Source of the DNA: Opitutaceae bacterium
GTDB lineage: Bacteria > Verrucomicrobiota > Verrucomicrobiia > Opitutales > Opitutaceae
Assembly: GCA_023265535.1 (NCBI GenBank)
Contig: JAHFTI010000005.1
Location: 1 to 62,120 of the forward strand
Direction of reading: 5' to 3'
DNA: 62,120 bases
Within the stretch, counting starts at the first letter, position 1; every line of letters begins with the position of its first letter. Below, piece by piece: positions 18,286 through 27,504 of this stretch. The notes under the pieces were generated by a model. The model did not search any database. It was given only the letters and a program-made list of their open reading frames with translations, and was not told the origin of the DNA. The position numbers were made by a program, and so were the translations under genes.

Positions 18286-19713
18286 ATGAGTTCACTCCCA
18301 TCGGGTTCATTCCACTCCGCGCCTCCTCAGCCGGGTTCCGACTCTGACGGGCAGCTGGCCGCCGGTGTCGCGCCCCGCTCTTGGCGGGTCGGCACGCTGA
18401 CCTATTCCCTTGCCGGGCTCCTCGTGTTGTTCGCCTGGTTGTTGCTTGGGGATTTTGGCTATTGGATGCGTGAGCGCTCAGCGGCGCCTGTGGCGCAGCT
18501 CATGTTGAAGAAGTTCCAGGCCTCCGACCTGTTCACAGGCGTGTTTCTCCTCACGATCCCGTGGGCGGTGATTCTCATCCTGGGCCCCGTGGTGAGTTAT
18601 TGGAGCGATCATTATCGCAGCCGCTGGGGGCGGCGAATCCCTTTCCTGCTCGCATCGGCTCCCCTCACCACCTTTTCGATCATCGGCCTCGCATTCAGTC
18701 CCGCCATGGGGCGGTGGCTCCACGGCCTGCTTGGGTTGGCGCCGGAAAGGATCAACTTCACGATCCTCGCGGTCATGTGCGCCTGCTGGACCTTCTTCGA
18801 GATCGGAGTGGTCATTGCCAATGCGATTTTCAACGGTCTCATCAATGACGTCGTGCCGCGGGAGCTCCTCGGAAGGTTCTTTGGCCTGTTTCGGATGGTG
18901 AGCCTGGGAGCGGGTGTGCTGTTCAACTACAGGATAATCGGGCAGGCGGAGCAGCATTACTCCATCATCCTTGTCGGCATTGGCCTAATCTACGGCGTCG
19001 GCATGGCTCTGATGTGCTGGCGCGTGAAGGAGGGCGACTATCCACCCCCCGCCCAGTCGGGGGCGTCGGACCGGCATCCGGTGATCCGGGTGCTCCGCGA
19101 TTATTGGCGGGATTGTCTCGTGAAGCCCTACTACCTGATGACGTTCGCCTTTATCGGGCTCGCCAATCTGGCGTTTGTCCCCGTGAACACCTTCAGCATC
19201 TACGCGGCCAAGAGTTTCAACATGACGATGGAGACCTATGGCCGATACCTGGTGGTCACCTATCTCTGCTCCTTCGTCATTGCCTTTCCCATCGGCTGGC
19301 TGGCGGACAAATTCCATCCGCTCCGGGCGACGCTGGCTGCGCTTGTGCTGTATGCGGGGGTGATGGCTGCAGGTTTTGCGGGAATAGGTGACGACACATC
19401 CTTCGGGGTGGTGTTTCTCGCGCACGGAGTGCTGGCGGGGGTCTATTTCACCGGAGTTGCCGCGCTCCCCCAAATGCTGTTCCCGAAGGAGAAGTTCACC
19501 CAGTTTGCCGCCGCGGCGGGCATGGTCGCAGCGCTCTTCAACATGGCGATGGGGCCTGTCCTGGGTGCACTGCTCGACGGCCTTGGAGGGGACTACCGCT
19601 ATGTATTTCTCGCAGGCTCCGTGCTGGCGATCGGGTCACTTGCCCTTGGCGCGGTGATCCATGTCCAATGGAAAAAGCTCGGCGGCAAGGCTGCGTACGT
19701 GGCGCCGGCCTAA
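18286..19713 (+). CDS. MFS-type transporter (probable oligosaccharide/sugar importer)
   Basis: ATG at 18286 (MSSLPSGSF...). Multiple hydrophobic helices and WSDHYRSRWGRRIPF, which resembles the MFS loop 2-3 motif. The upstream part of ORF 17665..19713 is antisense to the LacI gene. Confidence 0.75.
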   Translation: MSSLPSGSFHSAPPQPGSDSDGQLAAGVAPRSWRVGTLTYSLAGLLVLFAWLLLGDFGYWMRERSAAPVAQLMLKKFQASDLFTGVFLLTIPWAVILILGPVVSYWSDHYRSRWGRRIPFLLASAPLTTFSIIGLAFSPAMGRWLHGLLGLAPERINFTILAVMCACWTFFEIGVVIANAIFNGLINDVVPRELLGRFFGLFRMVSLGAGVLFNYRIIGQAEQHYSIILVGIGLIYGVGMALMCWRVKEGDYPPPAQSGASDRHPVIRVLRDYWRDCLVKPYYLMTFAFIGLANLAFVPVNTFSIYAAKSFNMTMETYGRYLVVTYLCSFVIAFPIGWLADKFHPLRATLAALVLYAGVMAAGFAGIGDDTSFGVVFLAHGVLAGVYFTGVAALPQMLFPKEKFTQFAAAAGMVAALFNMAMGPVLGALLDGLGGDYRYVFLAGSVLAIGSLALGAVIHVQWKKLGGKAAYVAPA

Positions 19714-19982
19714 GGCCGCATGAGACCAGATGCCTGAAAGGCATCCTGTCTTTGGTGTTCTGAAAGGGTGTGGCTACTTCCTCCTCTCCCAGGCATGGCC
19801 GGCCTGTCGGCCCGCACCCAGGCGACCGCATCTTCTGACTCGCAAATTTGATGGCGGCGGGGTGTGATCCACTTTTCCGTTTCAACATCACGCCCACCCG
19901 CCTTCCTCGCATGAACATGCGGCACTTCCGCTGACCTCTTTTCCACTTTCATTCCATCTTTTCTACCATAAAGGACAAACCC

Positions 19983-21209
19983 ATGAAAATCGTTCTCGCC
20001 TACTCCGGTGGTCTCGACACCTCCGTCATCGTAAAGTGGCTGAAGGAAACCTATGACGCCGAGATCGTCACCTTCGCGGCCGACGTTGGCCAGGAAGAGG
20101 AGCTGAAGGGCCTCACCCAGAAGGCCAAGAAGACCGGCGCCTCGAAGCACTACACCCTCGACCTCGTCGAGGAGTTTGCCGCCGACTACATCTACCCGAT
20201 GATCCGCGCCAACGCGGTTTACGAGAGCCAGTACTACCTGGGCACCTCGATCGCCCGCCCGCTCATCGCGAAGGCCCAGGTCGAGATCGCCAAGAAGGAA
20301 AATGCCGACACCGTCGCGCACGGCGCCACGGGCAAGGGCAATGACCAATGCCGCTTCGAGCTGACCTACATGGCGCTCGCCCCGAACCTGACCATCATCG
20401 CCCCCTGGAAGATGGAGGAGTTCCGCAAGGTGTTCCCGGGCCGCGCCGAGATGATCGCCTATTGCGAGAAGCACAAGATCCCGGTCGAGGCCTCCCTCAA
20501 GAAGCCCTATTCGATGGACCGCAACCTGCTCCATATCTCCTATGAGGCAGGCATCCTCGAGGATCCGTGGTTCGACCCGACCACCCCCGAGAACAAGGCC
20601 ATGTTCAAGCTCTCCGTCGCTCCGGAGGACGCCCCGAACAAGGCCGAGTACGTCGACCTCGATTTCGTGAAGGGCAACTGCGTCGCCGTGAACGGCAAGA
20701 AGATGACGCCCGGCCAGGTGCTCAAGACCCTCAACAAGCTCGGCGGCAAGCACGGCATCGGCCGTGTCGACCTCGTCGAGAACCGTTTCGTCGGCATGAA
20801 GAGCCGCGGCGTGTACGAGACCCCGGGCGGCACGATCCTCATGCAGGGTCACCGCCAGGTGGAGAGCCTGACGATGGACCGCGAGGTCGAGCATCTGCGC
20901 GACAGCCTGATCCCGAAGTACGCCGAGCTCGTGTACAACGGCTTCTGGTTCGCCCCGGAGCGCGAGTGCCTGCAGGCCTTCATCGACAAGAGCCAGGAGT
21001 TCGTGACGGGCACCGTCCGCCTGAAGCTCTACAAGGGCAACATCATCACCTGCGGCCGCAAGTCGAAGTACTCCCTGTACGACGACAAGATCGCCTCCAT
21101 GGAAGGCGTGAAGAGCTGGTACAACCAGAGCGACGCCACGGGCTTCATCCGCCTGAACGGCCTGCGCCTGCGCGCCCGCAACCTGTCCCAGGGCGGTCCC
21201 AAGCTCTGA
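19983..21209 (+). CDS. argG: argininosuccinate synthase
   Basis: [17 protein letters not shown]-PPase motif, [15 protein letters not shown], and [14 protein letters not shown]. Confidence 0.95.
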   Translation: MKIVLAYSGGLDTSVIVKWLKETYDAEIVTFAADVGQEEELKGLTQKAKKTGASKHYTLDLVEEFAADYIYPMIRANAVYESQYYLGTSIARPLIAKAQVEIAKKENADTVAHGATGKGNDQCRFELTYMALAPNLTIIAPWKMEEFRKVFPGRAEMIAYCEKHKIPVEASLKKPYSMDRNLLHISYEAGILEDPWFDPTTPENKAMFKLSVAPEDAPNKAEYVDLDFVKGNCVAVNGKKMTPGQVLKTLNKLGGKHGIGRVDLVENRFVGMKSRGVYETPGGTILMQGHRQVESLTMDREVEHLRDSLIPKYAELVYNGFWFAPERECLQAFIDKSQEFVTGTVRLKLYKGNIITCGRKSKYSLYDDKIASMEGVKSWYNQSDATGFIRLNGLRLRARNLSQGGPKL

Positions 21210-21242
21210 GCAGCGGGTTTCCGTCGATTGGACTGATTTCAA

Positions 21243-21269
21243 GGACCGGCGCCATGCCGGTCCTTTTTT
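21243..21269 (+). terminator. rho-independent terminator of argG
   Basis: GGACCGGC-gccat-GCCGGTCC perfect 8-bp stem followed by TTTTTT. Confidence 0.8.
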
Positions 21270-21882
21270 ATTGGTGCGCAGGGACCGGGGCAGGGGCAGG
21301 GCGGCGGGGGGATGGGGGGCGGTGGTGAGCTGGGGCGGAGGCCCGGGCAGGGGCCCACCGTTGGTTGCGCGAGCGGGAAAACCGGGCCGATGTGGACGCA
21401 CTTTTCACTCGGGGAAGCCCAATTTGTATCCAGTTTGTGGAGACGGGGCCAGGCCCCTGTCCGCAGGGGCTTCCGGGCTGCCTGCGGAGTCTTGAATTTG
21501 GCCAACGATCTCCATTCGAAAAACGTTCAAATTTTAATGGGGCTCCTTTGCTCTACTTATGGAGCTTTCCTTGCATATCGGGATTTAGCGTAAAAGCAGC
21601 CGGCCGATTTTGTGATCTGTTACCTCTTTTATGAGATTGCCGTGTAGCGGTTTAAACTTTTTATCGGCAAAAATTTAACATTATATGGCAAAGGCTCTCA
21701 ATTTTTGGCCGCGTTAAGCGTTAAACTAGGAAGCTTTCTCTATTGACCGGTAATAGATCTCATCCTCAATTGCGGCCGGATCGTCTAGTGTGAGTGTGCC
21801 CCTTCTTCCCCTGCCTGCCCCTGACGCCCCACCTTGCGTTGGATTGGTGTGCACTCTCCCCCCGTAACCCTAACTCAAACAT

Positions 21883-24800
21883 ATGAACCGGACTACCATT
21901 CAGGTGAGAAACTACCTCGCCCTTGCTCTGCTCGCCGCTGCGCCCAAGCTCATGGCGCAAGCTGCTCCTCAACCCGCCGCGGCTCCTGTCACCGAGACGG
22001 CTGAGGACACCATCACCCTCGACCCGTTCTCGGTTTCCGCCGATGACGAGGGCCGTGGCTACCAGGTGAAGGACACCCTCGCCGGTACCCGTGTGCGTAC
22101 CGACCTGCGCGACGTGGCCTCCGCCCTGTCCGTCGTCAACTCCCAGTTCCTCAAGGACACCGGTGCCAAGAGCAACACGGACCTGCTCGTTTACACCCCC
22201 AACACCGAAGTCTCGGGTACGGGTGGTAACTTCGCTGGCGTCGGCAATGTTTTCATCGGCAACGCCAACGAAAACAACAATTTCGCCCGCCCCAGCAGCA
22301 ACACCCGCGTCCGCGGTCTCGATTCCGCCGACAATACGCGCGACTTCTTCAACTCCTTCATTCCCTGGGATTCCTATATCGTTGACCGCGTCGACCTCCA
22401 GCGTGGACCCAATTCGGTGCTCTTCGGCATCGGTTCGGCCGCCTGTATCGTCAACACCAGCATCAACGCCGCCGGCTTCAAGACCGGTGGCAAGTTCGAG
22501 ACCCGCTTCGGTTCCTTCGGCAGCGTCCGCATGAGCGGCGACTACAATTACGTCCTCAAGAAGAACGAGCTCGCCTTCCGCGTGGCCTTCCTGAACGACA
22601 AGACGCAGTACCGTCAGCAGCCCGCCTTCAACCACGACCAGCGCTTCTTCGGCGCCCTGAAGTGGGATCCCAAGCTCTTCGGCGCTGGCAACCGCACCTC
22701 TATTCGCGTCAATTTCGAGAATGGACGGGTCAACGCCAATCGCCCCCGTATTCTCCCTCCCTATGAGAATATCTCCACCTTCTTCGATCCTCTGAAGAAT
22801 AACAAGAGGACCTATGATCCCGCCCAGGTCTGGGATCGGGGCACGATCCAGAAGGTCCTCGGCCAGAGCGAGCCGGACAATGACAAGAGCGCCGCGATGA
22901 CTCCTTGGCTCGGCCAGTACATGGTTTCCGGCGCCCAGCTCACGGCCAATCCCGTGTTCTTCTATGACGCCAGCTCCGCCACCACCCCGACCCAGGTCCG
23001 CGTGATCGGTCCCCAGACCAACTTCGGTCTGAAGTCCGACGGCACCATCGACCAGAGCATCGGCGGCTTCCCCTTCTCCAGTGCCATCGGCCTCAAGGGC
23101 TGGGGTGACTGGGCCCGTTACAACCTGCCGGGTGGTGACGTGGGTCTCTACAAGGACGTCAACATGACGGACGCCTCCATCTTCGACTTCTACAACAAGT
23201 TGATCGATGGTCCGACCAAGTATGAGAAGAACAACTGGAATGCCTGGAATGCCAGCATTGAACAGTTCTTCCTGAACAACCGTCTCGGTCTGCAGCTCGT
23301 CTTCGACAAGCAGAGCTATTACGACGAGCAGGCCCGCAACCTCGACAATCCCACGCTGACGGTCGACGTCATGCAGTACACCATGGATTATCCGGGCTAT
23401 TACACCTCGGCCAACTCCACGGTTTCCGCTGTCCTCAATCCGAACGCCGGCCGCGCTGTCACAGGCTCGGGCACCAAGAATGGTGGCCGTTCCTTCCGCA
23501 TCAACAGCGAGAGCATGCGCCTCACGATGACCGGTGAGCTTCGCGCCACGGACCTCTTCAACAAGGGTCTTCTCACCGACCTCCTCGGCCGTCATAACTT
23601 CACGGCCCTTTACCAGCACGACAAGGATCAAACTGATAACCGCTCCTTCGTCCGTTATGCCGTGGATCCCTCCTTCGCCATGGCTCTTGGTCAGTCGCAG
23701 GACACCAGCCTCACCACCGGCAATGCCCGCATCATCGACGTCCTGACCTACCTCAGCGGCGACCTGCGCAGCAAGACCTCCGCCTCCGGCCTGAACCTCG
23801 ACGGTGTCACCGCTGCACAATCCCCGGCGCAGAGCGCTGTACGCATCAAGTACTTTGATTCCCACTGGAACAACGCCAAGAACGTCAATCCTGCTGCCGC
23901 CTGGGCGAACGTGGGCTCGTGGAAGTATTTCACGAACCCCCAGGGCGACGTGGCCTCCACCCAGTCCGAGAATCCCGCCAACTACATTGGCTGGACCACG
24001 GGCAGCTTCAATGTGCTGAATGCCGACGATCCTGCAGACCGCCAGTCCCTCTTCACTTCGATCAACAAGCAGGTCGTGGTCAAGGACTCGAAGGCCATCA
24101 CCTACCAGGGGTCCCTGTTCAACGACATCCTGATTCCCACCATCGGTGTGCGTCGTGATGTGCATACCAACAAGTCCCGCCAAGCTGACACGGGAGGCCT
24201 TTCGGCCAACCCGAACCTCTTTGGTGCTGAAGCCAGCAGCATTGCCAAGGGCAACAACACCAGCTGGGGTACAGTGCTCAGGCTTCCGAAGAGCCTGCGC
24301 AACAAGCTGCCCTTCGGCTCCGACATCAGCGTGAGCTACAACCGCGGCAAGAACATGCGCGTTGAGAACCGTTACGGCTTCTCTGGCCAGAAGCTGCCGA
24401 ACTCGAGCGGTGACACGACCGACTACGGCTTCGTGATCAGCACCCTCGACGAGAAGGTGCAATTCAAGGCCAACTGGTACAAGACCGGCAACAAGGACGC
24501 CAATATCTCCTCGCAGCCGGGTGAGAACGCCACGCTGGGCAACAACTCCTACATGCTGACCCGCCTTGAGGGCTGGGGTGCCGCCACGGCCCTCATGAAC
24601 AAGGCCGGCAACAACAACCAGTTCTCGGGCTGGGAGTGGTTCTGGAACTACGCCCTCGTCGATAATGGTTGGGACAGCAAGTACAACGACCCGACCACGG
24701 AGATCTACAAGACCAACCCCTCCACCATCAAGCAGATGGCTGCGACCGCGGATTGGTTTGCCACAGCCAAGGCCGTCACGCCGCAGTCTTGGTTTGACGC

Positions 24801-25689
24801 CTATGGCTACAAGATCGATGCCAACAAGCTGGCTGCCGGTGACCTCACCGCCATCCAGAATTGGACGCCCTCCGGCGGCGTCGGTGGTGTGCAGCCCTCC
24901 GGTGCAGGTGCCATTGGCGGTGTCTATCCTGTCGGAACCCTGGACATCGAGTCGAAGGGTATTGAATTCGAGCTCGCGGCTCAGCCCGTCAAGGGCCTGA
25001 ACATCTCGCTCAATGCGACCAAGGTCAACGCCAAGACCGTCAAGCTTGGACAGGAGATCTCCCGGTTCATCGAGAATCAGTGGGCTCGCCTCGGTGGTGA
25101 CTACACCCGCACGGGTGACAAGGGCAGCTTCACCGCGATCTACAACAAGGAAAATGGCACGAACTACTCCGGCGCCGCGGGCGATCTTCGCCTCTGGTGG
25201 GGTGGTGGTGACTCCTTCCGCAAGGCCTATTACAGCACGATCTGGGCCCCCTACACCTTCCAGCTCAACAAGGCTGGCCTGGGCGTGGGTGAGCTCTCCG
25301 AGTGGAAGGTCAACGGCATCGCCAGCTACAGCTTCGACAAGGGCCTGCTCAAGGGTGCCTTCGTCGGCGGTGGTTATCGTTGGCAGGCGGGTCAGGTCCT
25401 TGGCTATGCCTTCAGGACCAATGCCGCAGGCAGCGTGATCGGCCTGGATCCGAAGAAGCCTTACAAGGGCGCTTCCGAGGACCATCTCGACATGTGGTTC
25501 GGCTACACCAAGAAGATCTCCAAGGGCATCAACTGGCGCATTCAGGCCAACCTGCGCAATGTGGGTGAGAGCAAGCACCTCGTTGTGTTCGGCATGAACC
25601 CGGCTGCCACGGTCGACAAGATGACCCCGTCGAGCTACCGCATCGCCGAGGGCATGACCTGGGAGCTGACCAACGCCTTCGAGTTCTAA
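21883..25689 (+). CDS. very large TonB-dependent receptor-like outer-membrane protein (1268 aa)
   Basis: Signal peptide. Plug ITLDPFSVSADDEGRGYQV and VDLQRGPNSVLFG. Long Asn/Gly/Tyr-rich beta-strand body. Terminal ...NAFEF. The 1313-aa antisense ORF is rejected. Confidence 0.8.
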   Translation: MNRTTIQVRNYLALALLAAAPKLMAQAAPQPAAAPVTETAEDTITLDPFSVSADDEGRGYQVKDTLAGTRVRTDLRDVASALSVVNSQFLKDTGAKSNTDLLVYTPNTEVSGTGGNFAGVGNVFIGNANENNNFARPSSNTRVRGLDSADNTRDFFNSFIPWDSYIVDRVDLQRGPNSVLFGIGSAACIVNTSINAAGFKTGGKFETRFGSFGSVRMSGDYNYVLKKNELAFRVAFLNDKTQYRQQPAFNHDQRFFGALKWDPKLFGAGNRTSIRVNFENGRVNANRPRILPPYENISTFFDPLKNNKRTYDPAQVWDRGTIQKVLGQSEPDNDKSAAMTPWLGQYMVSGAQLTANPVFFYDASSATTPTQVRVIGPQTNFGLKSDGTIDQSIGGFPFSSAIGLKGWGDWARYNLPGGDVGLYKDVNMTDASIFDFYNKLIDGPTKYEKNNWNAWNASIEQFFLNNRLGLQLVFDKQSYYDEQARNLDNPTLTVDVMQYTMDYPGYYTSANSTVSAVLNPNAGRAVTGSGTKNGGRSFRINSESMRLTMTGELRATDLFNKGLLTDLLGRHNFTALYQHDKDQTDNRSFVRYAVDPSFAMALGQSQDTSLTTGNARIIDVLTYLSGDLRSKTSASGLNLDGVTAAQSPAQSAVRIKYFDSHWNNAKNVNPAAAWANVGSWKYFTNPQGDVASTQSENPANYIGWTTGSFNVLNADDPADRQSLFTSINKQVVVKDSKAITYQGSLFNDILIPTIGVRRDVHTNKSRQADTGGLSANPNLFGAEASSIAKGNNTSWGTVLRLPKSLRNKLPFGSDISVSYNRGKNMRVENRYGFSGQKLPNSSGDTTDYGFVISTLDEKVQFKANWYKTGNKDANISSQPGENATLGNNSYMLTRLEGWGAATALMNKAGNNNQFSGWEWFWNYALVDNGWDSKYNDPTTEIYKTNPSTIKQMAATADWFATAKAVTPQSWFDAYGYKIDANKLAAGDLTAIQNWTPSGGVGGVQPSGAGAIGGVYPVGTLDIESKGIEFELAAQPVKGLNISLNATKVNAKTVKLGQEISRFIENQWARLGGDYTRTGDKGSFTAIYNKENGTNYSGAAGDLRLWWGGGDSFRKAYYSTIWAPYTFQLNKAGLGVGELSEWKVNGIASYSFDKGLLKGAFVGGGYRWQAGQVLGYAFRTNAAGSVIGLDPKKPYKGASEDHLDMWFGYTKKISKGINWRIQANLRNVGESKHLVVFGMNPAATVDKMTPSSYRIAEGMTWELTNAFEF

Positions 25690-25713
25690 GGCGAGCCCGA
25701 TTCCCATAAGCGA

Positions 25714-25740
25714 GGCGGCGTCCGGTTGACGCCGCCTTTT
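25714..25740 (+). terminator. terminator hairpin 1 after the large receptor gene
   Basis: GGCGGCGTC-cggtt-GACGCCGCC followed by TTTT. Confidence 0.65.
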
Positions 25741-25750
25741 CCAAACTTCG

Positions 25751-25778
25751 GCGCCGGGCGAAAGCCCGGCGCTTTTTT
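25751..25778. terminator. terminator hairpin 2, possibly bidirectional (shared with the convergent VOC gene)
   Basis: GCGCCGGGC-gaaa-GCCCGGCGC followed by TTTTTT. Confidence 0.7.
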
Positions 25779-25804
25779 GTATTCAAAACTCAACTACACC
25801 GGCC
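25775..25804 (+). repeat. motif copy C: TTTTGTATTCAAAACTCAACTACACCGGCC
   Basis: GTAT-N11-CTAC with TCAACTACA shared with copies D and E. Intergenic, abutting the terminator. Confidence 0.5.
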
Positions 25805-25827
25805 CCCCGGCCGGGGCCCCCGCGCGC

Positions 25828-26217
25828 TCAGCGGCGCTCCTCCATGAGGGCGAGCAGGTTTCCGTCAGGGTCGCGGAAGAAGGCCATCCAGAGCTCGTGG
25901 TCCGGCATGCGGGCCAGGGCCATCGGTTCGCGGTCGAAGTGCACGCCGCGCGCGCTCAGCTCCCGGTGCGCGGCCTGGATGTCCCCGCAGCGCAGGTACA
26001 GCACCGAGTTAGCGCCGACCACGCCGGCCCCCTGCGGGCGGCCGATCATGAGGCGCACCCCGCCCAGGTCGAAGAAGCTCAGGCCGGGGGGCGCGCTGAA
26101 GAGAAAGGGGAGACCGACTTGGTCGCGCAGGAATTTCGTGCTGCGCTCGACGTTCTCGACCGCATACGCAATCTGGCCAAGTCCGGTGACCATGGTGGGT
26201 GGGGTAGCCGTGGACAT
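25828..26217 (-). CDS. VOC (glyoxalase/bleomycin-resistance/dioxygenase) family protein
   Basis: 129 aa. GQIAYAVENVERSTKFL ... FRDPDGNLLALME is the typical VOC fold signature. Confidence 0.8.
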   Translation of the reverse strand: MSTATPPTMVTGLGQIAYAVENVERSTKFLRDQVGLPFLFSAPPGLSFFDLGGVRLMIGRPQGAGVVGANSVLYLRCGDIQAAHRELSARGVHFDREPMALARMPDHELWMAFFRDPDGNLLALMEERR

Positions 26218-26258
26218 GGGGGCATGCTGTGCGCCGGACGGGCCCGGCGCAAGGGCGT

Positions 26259-26305
26259 AAAAACGGAGGGACCGGAACCCGCCCGATCAGGCTGATTCCG
26301 GTCCC
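26259..26305 (-). terminator. probable terminator of the yceI-like gene
   Basis: Perfect 10-bp stem GGGACCGGAA/TTCCGGTCCC (26268-26277 and 26296-26305). On the minus strand it is followed by tccgTTTTT. Confidence 0.5.
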
Positions 26306-26334
26306 AGTGCCCTGCCCGCGACTGAAGCGCGCGG

Positions 26335-26370
26335 GTCAAGTGTATCAAGAGTTCAACTACAGCAGGCGCG
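26335..26370 (+). repeat. motif copy D: GTCAAGTGTATCAAGAGTTCAACTACAGCAGGCGCG
   Basis: The longest copy. Its head matches B, its tail matches A and its core matches C and E. Intergenic, between the VOC and YceI genes. Confidence 0.5.
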
Positions 26371-26422
26371 CGCCCTCCGGGACGGGCGCCCTCCCGGAAG
26401 GCGGTCTTGGACGGTGTCCCGC

Positions 26423-27046
26423 TCAGTTCTGGGCGGCGGCGCCGGCGAGGTTGAGCGTCAGGTCGATCGTCTCGGACACCTTCTCGGTGTTCTTGCCGGG
26501 CATGATGCCGAACTCGCTGCGGTTCACGCTGAATTGGGTGCGCAGCACGAGGAGGTCGCCCTTCAGGTCGGCCTTGCCCATGCGGGCGCCGAGCTTGCCG
26601 GGCAGGTAGGTGAGGCTGACGGGGGCGGAGAGTTCCTTGGTCACGCCCTTGATGGTGAGCTTGCCGGTCACCGTGGCGGTGGTCTTGTCACCGACGGTCT
26701 TGACGTTGGAGAGGGCGGTGGCCTCGAAGCTGATCTCGGGATGGGTGGCCACATCGAGCCACATCTTGCCCTGGAGGTGGTCCTTCATCATCGGGTTGCC
26801 GACGGTGAGCGAGGAGGTGGCGAGGGTGATCCTGCCCGTGGTGGCGGCGGGATTGGCGGGGTCGAAGCTGACCGTGCCGGCGATGCCGGTGCCGGTGCCG
26901 CTGATGGCCTCGAGGGGAGCGTCCAGGTTGAACAGGACGTTGTTCACGCCCTTCGGGTCCTTGAAATCAAAGGAGAGCGGCGCGGCGAAGGCGACGGCGC
27001 TGGACAGGAGGGCGGCGGAGGCGAGGAGCTGGGTGACGAGTTTCAT
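26423..27046 (-). CDS. YceI-family periplasmic polyisoprenoid-binding-like protein
   Basis: Signal peptide, then MKDHLQGKMWLDVATHPEISFEA and LTIKGVTKE, which are typical of YceI-like proteins. Confidence 0.85.
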   Translation of the reverse strand: MKLVTQLLASAALLSSAVAFAAPLSFDFKDPKGVNNVLFNLDAPLEAISGTGTGIAGTVSFDPANPAATTGRITLATSSLTVGNPMMKDHLQGKMWLDVATHPEISFEATALSNVKTVGDKTTATVTGKLTIKGVTKELSAPVSLTYLPGKLGARMGKADLKGDLLVLRTQFSVNRSEFGIMPGKNTEKVSETIDLTLNLAGAAAQN

Positions 27047-27165
27047 GATGTGTCAGTTGTGATGGAGTGTTGGAAGAGGACGTGGAAAAAGGGGGTGGGT
27101 GGGTTTTGGGGCCGTGCCCGGTCGGGGGCGAGGGCCGGTGGCTCGGCGTTGAGCGCTGGCGGGAC

Positions 27166-27447
27166 TCAGGTGGCCTGGGCCGCGGCCTTGCGGGAGAGTT
27201 TCCAGGAAACCGCACCGAGCACGGCGGCCAGGCCCAGCGCTGCGCCGAGCAGGTCGACACCGGGCTGGAAGGCCCGGGTCGTGACCGGATAGTCGAGTCC
27301 CGTGATCTCGTCGCGGGCGATCGTGGTGGACTCGGTGCGCGTCCAGCCGCGGTTGGCGCCTCCCAGGCCCCAGGCGCCGAGGCTGCCCAGGAGGAGCAGC
27401 AGGGCGGTCCAGCGGAGGACCTTGGCGGTGTTGGACGTGGTTGTCAT
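27166..27447 (-). CDS. small membrane protein (two predicted helices), function unknown
   Basis: 93 aa with hydrophobic segments at both ends. Divergent from the LysR gene. Confidence 0.45.
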   Translation of the reverse strand: MTTTSNTAKVLRWTALLLLLGSLGAWGLGGANRGWTRTESTTIARDEITGLDYPVTTRAFQPGVDLLGAALGLAAVLGAVSWKLSRKAAAQAT

Positions 27448-27504
27448 ATAAGCAAGGTAGCACGGTGTGCCAAGATATGCTAATGCTCAGGACGGCTTGC
27501 GCAT

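Noticed and set aside
19710-21401. 563-aa minus-strand ORF
   Set aside because: It is antisense to argG, whose identity is unambiguous.
21239-21634. Small ORFs (74-93 aa) in the argG-to-receptor spacer
   Set aside because: They overlap one another in several frames, are Gly/Pro/Arg-rich or lack start context, and one spans the argG terminator. They are not credible genes.
21766-25707. 1313-aa minus-strand ORF
   Set aside because: It is antisense to the TonB-dependent receptor gene. The translation is dominated by G/V/A/L/E/D/R with no recognisable motifs, whereas the plus-strand frame has a signal peptide, plug motifs and a terminal Phe. This is a typical GC-rich antisense artefact.
26351-26357. 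Integron attC-like inverse core (RYYYAAC = GTTCAAC, also ACTCAAC at 25788-25794) within the repeated motif
   Set aside because: There is no matching GTTRRRY core at a suitable distance, no integrase gene in the window, and copy E has CTTCAAC. The match is probably coincidental.
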